Source: Oscarella lobularis
Taxonomy: Eukaryota
NCBI RefSeq assembly: GCF_947507565.1
Contig: NC_089177.1
Location: 426,648-490,647, forward strand
Length of the DNA: 64,000 nucleotides
Direction: 5' to 3'
In this document: positions 13,601 to 25,000 of the stretch, piece by piece
How the letters are laid out: each line of letters begins with the position of its first letter
Position numbering within the stretch: position 1 is the stretch's first letter
Position numbers and translations under genes: made by a program
The notes under the pieces: model-generated
The model's input: only the letters and a program-made list of their open reading frames with translations
Database searches by the model: none
What the model was told of the DNA's origin: nothing

Positions 13601-14718
13601 CTTTATCGTTCCAGTTGGCGTCTTTCGTAACATTTAAAAAGAAAATTGGGAGGAGCGTGCTAGCGTTACGTACAGCCGTTGCCATGGACTCGGCACATCT
13701 CTGATGAACTTTGTAAAGACTGATGACGCTCGTGTTGTCTTCGTTAACGACTCGGCCTTCCTCGTCGCGAGGAATCAAGTCGAGACCCAAAGCCCTAGAC
13801 ACCTAAACCATGGAATACGGGTTCGTGTATGAAAGCCAGTCGTGCCTGTTTCCCCAGTCAATTTTCGACGTCACTCTCTTCTTGACTTTTTGAATTTCTC
13901 CCTGTGGAGACGTAGACTCAGTTATTTGCTCGCGGCTCTTTGCTCAACAAACCGCTGGAATAGTCCCCGACATGATTTGAGTTCTCCAGCCCATCAATTG
14001 AGCCATGATCGATCGAAGTTTCTGCTGCTGGTTCTCAGACTTGTTTTCCTAAGAAACCGAATTATTTCAAAAATTAGAAAAAAACGGCTCTATCGCGACG
14101 AAGACAAAAAAGGTCTCATTCTACCTTATAAAGCTGTTTCAATATTGTGTTCCACTCCCGCAGAACGAAGGCGACTTCCTGAGCGACAGGATCCTCGGCG
14201 CTCTCCACCGTCTCGCCGATTCTAAGGCAATGGATCGAAGTGAGCGACGGAGCAAGAGCGTGCGACGGGGAGGGGGGGCGGCCCTACTCGGTCACTCGAA
14301 CGATGCATTCCTTGAGGTGAATGAACGAGGCTGGAAAAATGCCCTGCGCGCGTCGAATCGCGTTCGGTGAGAGACGTTCGTCGGGGGGTGCGTTTTACGT
14401 TCGACGTCACCTTTTTCGTTGGATTGTTGGTGCAAAAGCCGCGATACCAGCCTAAAAGATTCGCAGGGTCCCCTCTCGTTTAGAGGAATCGTTTTTCTCT
14501 CTCGGCGACTTTTTTCCTACCCGAGTTCTGTTCGACGATTCGCACGACTTCGCCGAATTTGAGCGGTAGATAGTGAGCGTTGTCCGACCTTCCTGGATAG
14601 TCGTAGACGACTTGTTGTGGAACGAGAGGATTCTCTTAGGCGAATTCGGTGAAAAAATCGCGAGCGTCGACTCACCGACGCCGAGCTTGGCGTCCGTTGT
14701 CGGGCGCCAGCGAGACAT
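4679..14718 (-). CDS. DOCK1-like: DOCK1/DOCK180-like (DOCK-A) Rac guanine-nucleotide exchange factor, with many exons
   Basis: The N-terminus MSRWRPTTDAKLGVG (ATG at 14718) matches DOCK180 MTRWVPTKREEKYGV. An SH3-like exon follows at about 14560-14680 (QVVYDYPGRSDNAHYLPLKFGEVVRIVEQNSGWYRGF). The DHR-1 exon at 11907..12215 (AFVKLMNLDGTTLQDTRHDLIVYN) matches DOCK180 AFVKLMRYDGTTLRDGEHDLIVYK. MQDTFDALFAILDEH sits at 11467-11544. NKYFHLGVAFVTQESLQIE sits in 8363..8731. KYIYKLCDMHLKFGHFSEAAFTLLLHAKKLE sits in 7268..7681. DHR-2 sequence ISPLENAIE...LNGVIDAAVNGGVAKYEQAF sits in 6050..6364. The C-terminal exon 4679..5617 is Pro-rich with PPKPPRPP and PPPPPKPP, as in the DOCK180 tail. Confidence 0.7.
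10360..10806 (+). CDS. Small secreted protein with a 3x DNRGKV tandem repeat, nested inside the long intron of the DOCK gene on the opposite strand
   Basis: The 148-aa ORF has a predicted signal peptide, MKTLSGLVLISVATLICDA. An 18-nt unit, gacaacaggggcaaggtg, repeats three times at 10529-10582. The ORF lies entirely in the interval between DOCK minus-strand exons, with the upstream DOCK donor GTAAGT at about 11467. Confidence 0.4.
   Translation: MKTLSGLVLISVATLICDASDQCDVDSYFYGQNKGKYGKLAKKVSFVATVRVSNITDNRGKVDNRGKVDNRGKVELLCLIHGIRPPLQFTATLLIDYAKACGHGFPTIEIAFVAIDSATDYTVRVGVPLTVRAPGAETITNITFERNV
10529..10582 (+). repeat. Perfect 18-nt x3 tandem repeat (gacaacaggggcaaggtg) encoding DNRGKV x3
   Basis: The repeat can be read directly in the sequence. 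Confidence 0.95.
10903..11412 (+). CDS. Cys-rich ORF of 169 aa. It may be a second exon or a separate nested gene downstream of the secreted repeat protein.
   Basis: The ORF is open, same-sense and Cys-rich (17 Cys), and lies in the same DOCK intron. It overlaps the antisense 11047..11544 ORF, of which only about the first 26 codons are real DOCK exon. Confidence 0.2.
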   Translation: MGNDWFLVIGDCVKPYNASALRVRVDGSEDESNVTQVERRSTGKRHFALVKATLNVYVWPKCIARDFRSLHACETIYPRSVNSSGSCLDGAEQGEGKQLNGSCRKPCSRSAVCCSRDGENSASSQKDWPLLVCNNLLHGLGKVTKRSTCMRFMKIANGDRRWIKNIVGE

Positions 14719-15149
14719 TCGTTTCAAACGCAAGCCAAGCCCTTGTTCTTCGGTGAAGAGAAGACGTAACGTGCGGTAACGATTTTCGATCTACACGTAC
14801 TCACGCCCACGCGAAATTTAACCATAAACACTGACCTGACTGGCTAAAAGCGTGTGATTGTTTCTTCTTCGAGCCTTTCTAGCTTCTTCCAAAATTTTTG
14901 CTCTACCCCACATTTCTCCAGTAAGACAACGCTGGCCAACACTCAACGACAAAAGCCTATTCAAAAAAAAAGAAAATGAGAAAGTTCCTATCGCTGATCA
15001 AGTGCTAAAAATAAATGATATCTCTAAAAAAGCTCGGCTGAAGGCTAAAGAAGCGAAACGATGCCACGTCTAGCCACAGAAACTGCCTATAGCTACGTGC
15101 ACAGCTATTTTTACCTGGCCACGTTTAAAAGATGATGCAGTGTTTCTCC

Positions 15150-17620
15150 GTTTACGCTATCGGGATCTTCCCTTCGCATTGCAACGAAATCATCCTGGAC
15201 CATCTGTCATCGTAATTATTTTGATTTAGACGGCAACTACACGCTTTTTCAGTTGCGATCACCTGCTGCTGTTCTTCGGCTATTTCGTACTCGACCCGTT
15301 TCATCAGACCCAAGTAGAGACGAAATTTCTGCAAGACGTCTTCGGAAATTGCAACGTCTTCGTCTGGTGTCGTCATCCGAAGAGGAATACTGCAATCAAC
15401 CTGAACAGATACGAATCAAAAATGAACTTGCAGGCCAATATCTGTACTGGTAACAGCGATTTTCCTTCGGACAAAGCCAATACAACCTAAACAATTTCTT
15501 AGTACATAGCTCAATTTCTAAACGTCTAGGATAAGACCATACTATATTGCAGAGAAAGTCGGCGCTGTGATAGCTAAAATCGTACTCGACTTTCTGCCAA
15601 CGAAGAACGTTTCCTAAAGCAGTTAAATTGCGCAACCCTTCGGTATCCAATTGTCCGGCGGCCAACGCCGTTTCGTCGAGAACCAAAGAAGTATCTGGAC
15701 ACATACAAAGTTTCCCACCCACACGAGAATGTTGAGACTTCGCGTTACCATCAGTCAGCTGAAGAATTCCTGATTTAAGACAATTCGCTGCGTAATCTTT
15801 CTTGGGGCGAAATCGAAACGAATTCAAATTTTCGAGAGTTAGAGACAGGAAGAAGCTCTAGGCAAAACAGTGAGACCCTGCTATATACAGCACTCTGGGT
15901 GCCCCCTACCTTAGATGTGACAGCATTGACTAGACCATATATTTTCTGAGTGAAAATACCGCTCGGACAACCCGTCAAACCCAAGGAAAATTTCCCCAAA
16001 GCCACCGAATCTTTTCTGGCGTGACTAGAGTACAAAAGAGTCACACTACGTCAATCGAATTTATACAGAGTACACATACACTCCTGATAGGAGATGTAAG
16101 AGAAGATATTCCGCAGCCAATTCATCGCCCATAAGCAAACGACTCAAACACTTAATAAATTCCTCCCGAATACGCGGAACGTCAGACGCGATATTCTCCG
16201 CTACTGCACAACATAGTCGTTACAAGAACAAAGTCGAACGTCGCCTCTATTTATATATTTTATACCGACTCGTTCTCCTACACTCGTCAAATCGTTGCCT
16301 ATTAGTGGATGGGTGTGCTGCAGTCGTCGAGTTAGAATAACGTGAATGCGTGGAACAAGCGACGGAGGCGGCGAGTGAGCCGCTACCTCCTCGCGAGTTT
16401 CTATACCGTCGTTTTGCTCGTCGCTACTACATAGCACGGCACACGTCTAGAGCACCTGTGCTGATTGATCTCCCCCTTATCTCTTACCTCGCTAGCTGAG
16501 CTAGGACTGGATCGACTGACAAAATTCCGTACACTTCTAACATTTCGTTGACTTTGTAATCACTTACTTCACCGTACATCTGACGTATATATATCGTGGA
16601 TATATACGTGTATTGTGGCAATACTGACTGACCTTGACTAAGCATGCTGGGCCCTTTTCTCCTGGTAAGGGAAAGTTTAGATCGTGATGAGCGAGTTGAG
16701 GTCGAGACGCTTCATTCTCAGCGAGTCGTCTCCTCTTAGAAGCATCCCCATCCCCTTCATCAGCTATCCGTATAATATAAGTTGAGTTTATTGATTTTAT
16801 GCTTTCGTGCCTTCCATTGGTTCTTCTCCTTCTTTGGAATCATCTGGCGAGACGGCGTCAATTGATCTTTTTAATTTTTGCAATTTTGGAGTGGTCTGTT
16901 GTGGATGGAAACGTGACTGCTGTCGATAAGCCTATATAAATAAAAGTCATCATCACCACACATCGTCTATACACAATACGATGCTTTCCTCTTTAGCCCA
17001 GTCGGATTCTCCCGGTATTGGAACGCAGTAAAAGGTCTGTCGTTCGGAAATAACTGATCCAGGAGACTGTGCACTGACTTCGTGATCTGAGCACTCCGTA
17101 ACGTCTCGAAATTTTCCACTTTTGACAGTCTATAAGAATTTGTCACGCTGATTTTTTCTCAATATCCTTTGCACAAACACCTTCTCCTTTGTCGTGGGAA
17201 CAATTGTCTCATATCTTTCCAGATAATATTCAGGATCGAACATGTCCTGTATCATGCATCTGTATCGAACGAGCCCATTCGGCTTTAGCAAATGCAATGG
17301 AACGTCATTGATAGAGGGAACCTAGGAAAAAGATGACGAGTGGAATATACCAGTCCCAGTCTAACTAGGCTACGTACCCACGCCCAACCGTTTTTCTCGA
17401 GAAATCTCTCTCGGAAATACTCTTCGACGCCCCAATCCTGACTTCGTTCTTCTCCTTCCAGCTCTCTTTGCCTTGACAGACCTGAAAATTGTGGCGCTAG
17501 TCTTAGCGAGAGCTTAGCTGAGAAAATCACGCGTCTCTGCTTACCAAAGAGTCGGTCAACAACGCCAAGAGGATTCTCTATCCAATTGTCGCCGACGGAA
17601 GGCATATTCGAGCACATCGA
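15150..17620 (-). CDS. MCMBP: MCM-binding protein (MCMBP) ortholog, multi-exon
   Basis: Segment matches to human MCMBP follow. The N-terminus [16 protein letters not shown] matches [48 protein letters not shown] matches [52 protein letters not shown] is present. [12 protein letters not shown]...[20 protein letters not shown] is present. [15 protein letters not shown] is present. [42 protein letters not shown] matches [42 protein letters not shown]. Confidence 0.8.
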
Positions 17621-17762
17621 AAAAGTCGCGTATACTTTGCGCAGATGTGCGCAGGTATCGTTAAGGGGGTGGCATTTAATTAATTAATTAATCTGATCAA
17701 GGTGTAATAACGCTGTGCTGCAACATAAAGCTAAAAGATCGGTTCACGTCACATAGGGTCAG

Positions 17763-20700
17763 TCAAATGAGACCTGAGCCCTTTTGTCTGATAGGAATAC
17801 TTCCACGTATTTTTTGGAAGTCGAGGTTCTTGAGAAAGCGCCAGCACTCTTGTCGCCATTGAATGCTGTGCTGAATCATCTTCGCTAGCATTAGCCGATT
17901 TCCATTTGTCAGCATGACTTCGTGAGAACCTCCTTCTGTCTTTCCCATCATTTTTTTCAGAATTTCCGGAAAACGAGTAGGAGTCGTTGTAGAGAGTCGA
18001 CGAAATTTGCTTTGATTCGTCTCGTTCAACGATGTCCTTACCCAGATGCTGATTGGCAGCAGACTCAAATTTTCGTTTACCTAGAGGCTAAGTGCACGCC
18101 ACAATCAGCCAAATTTTAACTAATTAAATCAAAACCAACCCACTTCGTCAAGATATTCCCCGCAATCTTGAATCGAATGTTTGTTATTGTGATTAGAAAA
18201 AACGTGATTCGATTTTGGCTCCTGGAGACGAGATACAAGGTCAAGGTCAAATTAGCTCTCCGCTATTTTACAGAATGTACTGTCTTACGCCTGATTTTGC
18301 ATCAAATTCTTTCGTCGCCGACATTGTGGGCGAGGCAATGCATTGGGGATCGACTGGGTGTCGAAACTGCGGTAGAAAAGGTCACGAGGCTCCTCTAAGA
18401 ACGTACGTATAAAATTCGCACCCACAAGCCGTCGTTCGTAGTAGAAGGGTGGAAATTCCGACCTTTCGGCATGATAGGGAACACAGAAAGCAGAACGCAG
18501 AACTGGTTGCTAAGAACGCGCACGCGCGCGAGCTCCTAAACCAACACCTTTGCCACACCCACTTCACATCAGTTCTCATAGGAGGTCCATGCAAAGTAGC
18601 CTGTCCAGCTGTCGCCTCTGTGGCTGTACTTTTCCTGTAGTTTGCTAATCTCTTTTAAAGATGCTGATCTTTCCATATTCAAAACAATTTGAGCCCACTG
18701 AAAAAAATACATTTGAATCACCAAATATTAATAATTTTGCGCTGCTTTGCCTGTCGATGCCATTCTCGTCTTGTTTCTGCCACGGCTTCATATGTGTTAC
18801 CCATCATGGCAATGAGCATGTTGACAAGAACGACGAACATAAAAATCATCATCAAGACAAAGAAGAACTAAGAAGAACCCATTTACTATGTTCAACTGCA
18901 GATCATTAAGATATACCTTTGCCAATGCTGGATACTTGGAATGTTTATCCAAATCAACATAGTGACTCTAAAGAAATTCTATTGCATAGTTCTACTTGTA
19001 GAAACGGTACTCACTCCAAACTCCCCCAGAGTCATGTGAAATAGGCCAAGCATAGAGCCTACAGGATGATCGAAAATTTCGTGATTCGTGCCAATAAACG
19101 TGACGTAGAGACCTATATTTGTCTGCAAGTTAGGACAACGCATCCTTCTCTACTAAAGCCCTACCTTGTGAAAAGCCCATAAGAAAGATGGCATAGATAA
19201 CGATGAATCGAACAAGATCACTCTTACACATCTTTGATATCATTACAACAAACGACCCGACGAGCTTGAAACCCCTATACGTAGCACAGAAAGACGTCGT
19301 TGGGAGCAACTAAAATATTTAATCACCTGTAGAAGAACAAGAAGCGAGGCCATGCCAGCACGACCGCTAAAACAATAAAGACGTCTTCGTATGCAGCAAC
19401 GCAAGCTATTCGACCAGGCACGGCGGCTACGAGGCAAAAACACGAGAGGAGAAACATGATAGTAGCTGGAGACTGCATCTGGAAAAAAATAACGTGTCGT
19501 TGGATATATAAAAAGTTGAAGAATTTTTTACGAGAATAACTCCGTTTTTCTTCCAGCCCAGCGAATAACCGGACAAAATCCGCGACATCAAAAATGCAAT
19601 AGCAAAAAGGAGTGCAAATGCTTCGCAAACACAGCGAGCCTGATTGAAAACAGGAATTGGTTAGACTAAGATCTGTGTGTCTTTCCTTGGCTTACTATTC
19701 CACTTGAGCCTTTGCTGCAGTCTCTCAGATAGCAGCCGTTTTCAACATTAACATTACTTTTATTGGTTGAGTTGCAGTCAATGAATGTTTCATTAGCTAA
19801 GACGCGCGTCTGGTTGCAGACAAAGGAGCCATTGACATTACTACGATTCGGATCCTACGAGCAAAATATCCAACACCACAGTCAGCCCAATGCATGATAT
19901 CCTTACGTGAGCAGGACGTAGAATGAGAGCTGTAGTCAGTATAAGAACGTAGAAGCCAAAGGCTAATAGATGCTGAAAGAATCTAAGAAACAGTCTTTCT
20001 CTTAGGCCAATACAAAAAGGGGGAAAGTACCGTACATTCGTCGCGCATAGTGCTTCCATTTGGCTGAGAGTATTTCATAGACAAGTCCCTCTGTCATTTC
20101 TGCATGAACCAATGTATGCTAGGAAAGACAGAGCTAAGGTAACATATGTAGCTACTAGAGAATTTACCTTGTTCACCATCAAATTGATAGCTGACAATTC
20201 ATTTATCTCATTTCTACCGGGAACAATCTAGAATGAGACAAAGTTGCACACATACAGGTAGATGCAGAGGAAAGGTTTTTCTACAGTGTCAATTTCTTTG
20301 AGTGGATAGAGAGCACTTGATGCACGTCCATACGTCCACTGTGGAACTTTCTTAAGGCTCAGGATGAAATTAAACATTTCTTTTTTTCCCAAATACACGG
20401 CAAGAGTAAGAGGAGTGAAGCCATTCTTATTTTTGCATTGGTCACTGCACCCAAACTCGGTAAACAAAAACCGATACATATCCTAGATGCAGATTTGAGA
20501 TAACGAAGAAGGAATTTCTTTTATCGTACCTTGAGTCCGTAGATGACCATCATATGCAAGACGTTGTTCCCATTCGAGTCGGTCCAATCTTTCATGTGAG
20601 TATCGTGATGAAGACGAGTTTGATCAGAAAACTCCATGAGAAGACGAACAATTTGGAAGTGATTGTGACAGGCAGCGAACGAAAGGGGATACTCACCAAA

Positions 20701-21543
20701 ATAGCATGGCCTAAAAAACCACTAACGTCAGACTAATTCAAATCTTGGTGAGTTTCTACCCTTCGTAGTTCGTCTCTTTAGGAAGCACGACTCCCTCTCC
20801 GTCACTATCGTCAGTCCTGTCCTTTTCCTGATCAGTCGGATAAAAGAAACTTCCGACGGCAGCCGCGTCAACCCAAGCGCCCTTCGCCAATAGCAACTTG
20901 ACCATCTCCAAGTCACCATTAACAATAGCAATGTGAAGAGGCGCTTCACCTTTGGAAGACGATTAAAAATCTAAAGAAATAACACTGCCTATACACAGAT
21001 ACCATAGTATAAATCGCCAGCGTAGATATCGTTGACGAGACATGGAAACACGTTGACGATTTCCACCGCCAGTTCGCGATAAAGCGAACCGTTATTCAAC
21101 AAGCACAGATGAAGCGCCGTCTCGCCGACGGCACCGCGTCGATCGACGCTCCACCAAACGCGACGTCGACGATCTTGTCTCGTTGCTAGGCAACGACGAG
21201 ACGCGTTGACCGATTCGCGTTCGTTCGCGCTTAGGCGGCTGAGACGTTGTTTTCGGCGTCGTCGCACCATGTCGTCGACGTCGACCTCGTAGCCGTCGAT
21301 GCCGTTCGTGAGAAAGGCGGAGAGTTCGTTGCGAACGAGTCGACGCGTGTCGGCGACGAGATCCGCGCCGTTTCCGTGTTCGTGAGCGCGTCGGAGTGCG
21401 TCGACGAGTAGGCCGCCGCCTTTGAGCTTGACTAGGCGGTAGATGCTGTTGGGATCTTCGTCGTTTGCCGCTTGCTCGACGTTCGATCGATCGGCGACTT
21501 TTGACGGACCTGTCGATCTGTGATGCGAGAATACATCGCCCAT
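17763..21543 (-). CDS. TRPV-like cation channel with N-terminal ankyrin repeats, six TM segments and a pore loop, multi-exon
   Basis: The N-terminal exon 20989..21543 ([24 protein letters not shown]) is ankyrin-like. A second ankyrin exon reads [24 protein letters not shown] at about 20880-20950. [22 protein letters not shown]...[11 protein letters not shown] in 20228..20479 matches the TRPV pre-S1 region. TM exons lie in 19323..20059. The pore helix [10 protein letters not shown] is followed by TM6 [25 protein letters not shown] at about 18820-19030, which matches TRPV1 LLNMLIALMGE. Confidence 0.65.
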
Positions 21544-21884
21544 TGTTATGGAAGCACGCTAAGCAGGAAGTTACAGCTGCTTCCTATTCAAGTTGCAATC
21601 AACAACGTTTCACTTGGTGGTCAGATGGCGCTGCGATTTTTTGTCATTTCAGCTTTGCTCCTTTGGTTGGCCTTGACTAGATCTTTCGCCGACTGGAAGC
21701 TAGAAGAAATGGACGAAGTAGCAGGTAGTAGCTCCAGTGCACCGCGTCGCGGCTTACTATAAGTGACTAGATACGGCAGTGCAATCAATTTCCTGACGTT
21801 GGAGCTCCCTTAGTCGCACTGCCAACCACCTGCTAAGCTCTTTTAGAAGTAGTTTCGATTTCCGAATTTGGCTGCGGATCTGTT

Positions 21885-21912
21885 ACAGTTTTACAGTTTT
21901 ACAGTTTTACTT
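21885..21912. repeat. Microsatellite (cagtttta)n, about 3.5 units
   Basis: The run cagttttacagttttacagttttac can be read directly. Confidence 0.9.
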
Positions 21913-22039
21913 TCGATTTCCTGTAGACTATCCTAATCTAAAAGTCCTCTCATCTCGCGACAATTCGTGAACTTTGCTAGCTTCGCGCAGCCGTCCCAGC
22001 GGTTATTTTTGCCGCGACGGTGCATGACATAACATTTAG

Positions 22040-25000
22040 TTGCGAAGTAATTCAATTTTGGTTTTAGACTACACTCTCTCAGAAACGCTGTCAGGGAAAG
22101 CAAGGGAATCGTTTTTGCTGCAATCAGGTGCAACGCCTATAGAACAACTTGAAAGAAACGAACTGCCGCGCAACCTTGAATCTGGCGATTCCTGCTACAA
22201 AAGCGTTTCTTACCTTACCAGCGAGCAGATCAGAGAAAGAAAAATTCTGTTGGAGTTTTTTCAAGCGTTGAATGGTACTAAGTGGTTGGCCAACAAACAC
22301 TGGGACGAAGATGATAAGCCCCATTGTGACTGCTGGACCGGAATTTCTTGCTACAAAGCAGGAAACTATACTGGACTCGTACAAACGATTGATCTCAAAG
22401 AAAACAATCTTACTGGTCAATGTCCGAAATCGCTTTTGGATCTCACTGTTCTGGAGGAACTTCGTTTATCAAAAAACAGTATACGTATGAATCTTTCTAA
22501 ATTTCTTGGAGACAGTACAACTAAATGGTCACTTCTGCAAAGGTTTGATATGGCAACTTGTGAACTCTTTGGTCATATACCTTGGCACATTTTTGCAAGC
22601 TGGCCTTCTCTTCGCAAAATACAGCTAGGCGACAATACGAATCTAACAGGCAGCATCGGTGAAAACATCGGGGAAATAACGAACCTGGGAGTATTGAGTT
22701 TAGGTCATTCTGGAATTCGCGGCAGCCTTCCGCAGAGTTTTGAAAAACTCGTCAACCTTTGGTTTTTGGACTTGCAGTTTCTACAGTTGGTCGGAGACTT
22801 TTCCCAACTCCTACATTTTACTAAACTTCAATATTTTCACGCAGTTCAAAATAACTTAACGGGAAACATACCGACAGACTTTAGTAGCAGATATCGTTCT
22901 TTGGTGGAGTTTTCAATTCCGGAAAACAGTCTGAGTGGGACTCTTCCAAATTTTGATCAGCCTCTTGTAAACCTGACTGTTTTGAATTTGAGACACAATC
23001 ATTTTTCAGGACCCGTTCTTCCTCTGGTACTAAATTCAAGTACGCTTCGATACGTGGACTTGTCACATAATCAATTTACGTCAATTTTGCCCGGCTTTAA
23101 TATGAGTTCAATAGGCCTTTTTATTGCTGAAAACAATCTCCTGAATTTAACTGTCAATGACCTAGATGAACTGTTCGTATGCTTTGTGCGAAAGTGCCCT
23201 CAAAGATTGTCAATTAAGGTTTTAGATTTTAGCTCAACTGGCCTTCGTGGAGACTTTTTGCCTACACTTTGGATGATGACAAATATTTTTTCGATTGATC
23301 TGTCTAACAACAGCATAAGTGGAGTATGCAAAAGCCCTTACCTTATGATGCTGTACTTGCAAGTATTAGACCTGTCTGACAATGATCTAGAAGGTGAAAT
23401 ACCTTCTAGAATGAGTATGTTTCAGTCCGTCTTAATAATGAACTTTACTGGAAACGAAAATATGCGATCCTCTGCGTCTTCAACGCCCTGGTTTGTTAAG
23501 CCTGATTATCAACACATGAGTAAGGAAAGCGAAACAGACAATTTTACGTGTCCTGCACTTGTAATGAAACACACTAAAGGATGGCTAAAAGTTGACAGCA
23601 AGTACTACAACCGAAGCGTTTGCCATTGTCTTCCGGGATTTTATGGGTTTAATGGTTTCTGCAAACGTTGTCCGGCAAACGGTTCGCATTGCCCAGGAAA
23701 ACAAATTAACAGTAAACTACAAATGTTTTCTAACTATTATCCTTCTCCTAGTCCTGACGACTTTTCCAATCTCATCTTATGCAGTTCTATTTATCAAGAC
23801 ACCTTTCGTTGCAACCCGTCTAACAACTGTACTTGCTGGCTATCTGGCGATGGCGTATCTAGGTGTGATAAGTCTTGCATTTGTCAAAATAATGCAACGG
23901 GACGAGTGTGCTCTCTGTGCAACGATGGCTGCTACGATGACGGAAACAAATGTAGGCAGTGCTCCTCTGAGCCTACCTGGTCAAAAGTTGTCTACGTGGT
24001 TGTTGGACTACTTGTTGCTTTGGCTCCACTACTGTGGATAATAAACATGATCATTAAATACAAATATCCCCAATGGAAGCATCAGAAGCTCGCTTCCTGG
24101 ATAATAGTGTTTGCTACTGTTGGAGGTCTTAGCGTTTTTGTCTTTGCTTTACTCTTTGTTCGCGTCATTCCAACTTACGTGGCAGAAATTTATTTCCTCT
24201 TTATTCTTATTGCGACAATTGATTTCGCCAGAGATGTCAAAGTACTAGTCGTCATTTTCGTGTTCTATCTTCAAGTTTTGGATGCCATGCACGTTACACT
24301 TGTGGAAGTGCAATGTCCTGATTGCTCTTTCGTGAACTCTTTCAAGGATCTCCATTTCTATCAGTTTTACACAAAGCTGGGCAGCATTTTCAATTTTCGA
24401 TTTAGTGGGCTAGCTTGTTTAGTCCCAATAATGTTTGAGCCAATACCCCATCTCCTCTTATTAGCCGCTCTTCCTTTGGTGTTTGGATTGTTCTTGCTGA
24501 TTGTTCACCTAATAGACTACGGGTTCTTTCTATGTCTGAGAAAACCAACGGAAGACTCTGCGGACAGTGAGCGTACCAACAAAAAGCTAAGAGCGATAAA
24601 CAGTGTAAAAAGACATTTTGTGTCTGTTCTGAACTTGTTCTTTTTTCCGACCAGCAAAAGTACCCTCAAAGTATTTGCCGGCTGTTATACCAGCGAGGAT
24701 AATTCGTATATGAAGGCCTTTCCTTGGATTCCTTGTTCTTCGTCTCAGTATCATTGGCTCGAAATGCAAGCCTCTATAACATTTGTGTTCTATGGAATTA
24801 TTACGTTAATCGTGTTTCTCGTTTCTTTACGTCTCCACGCCAACAAATGCAATTGTCAAAAGAAGGACTTTTCGTGGCGTCATACCGCTCGTATCGTTTG
24901 TGGTCAAAATGCCACAGATAACGGAGACGAAGAGAAGGAAAACGATAATAACGATTCAGTTATGTGCCACTACTGCATTCCTTATAAGTCTCCATACAAC

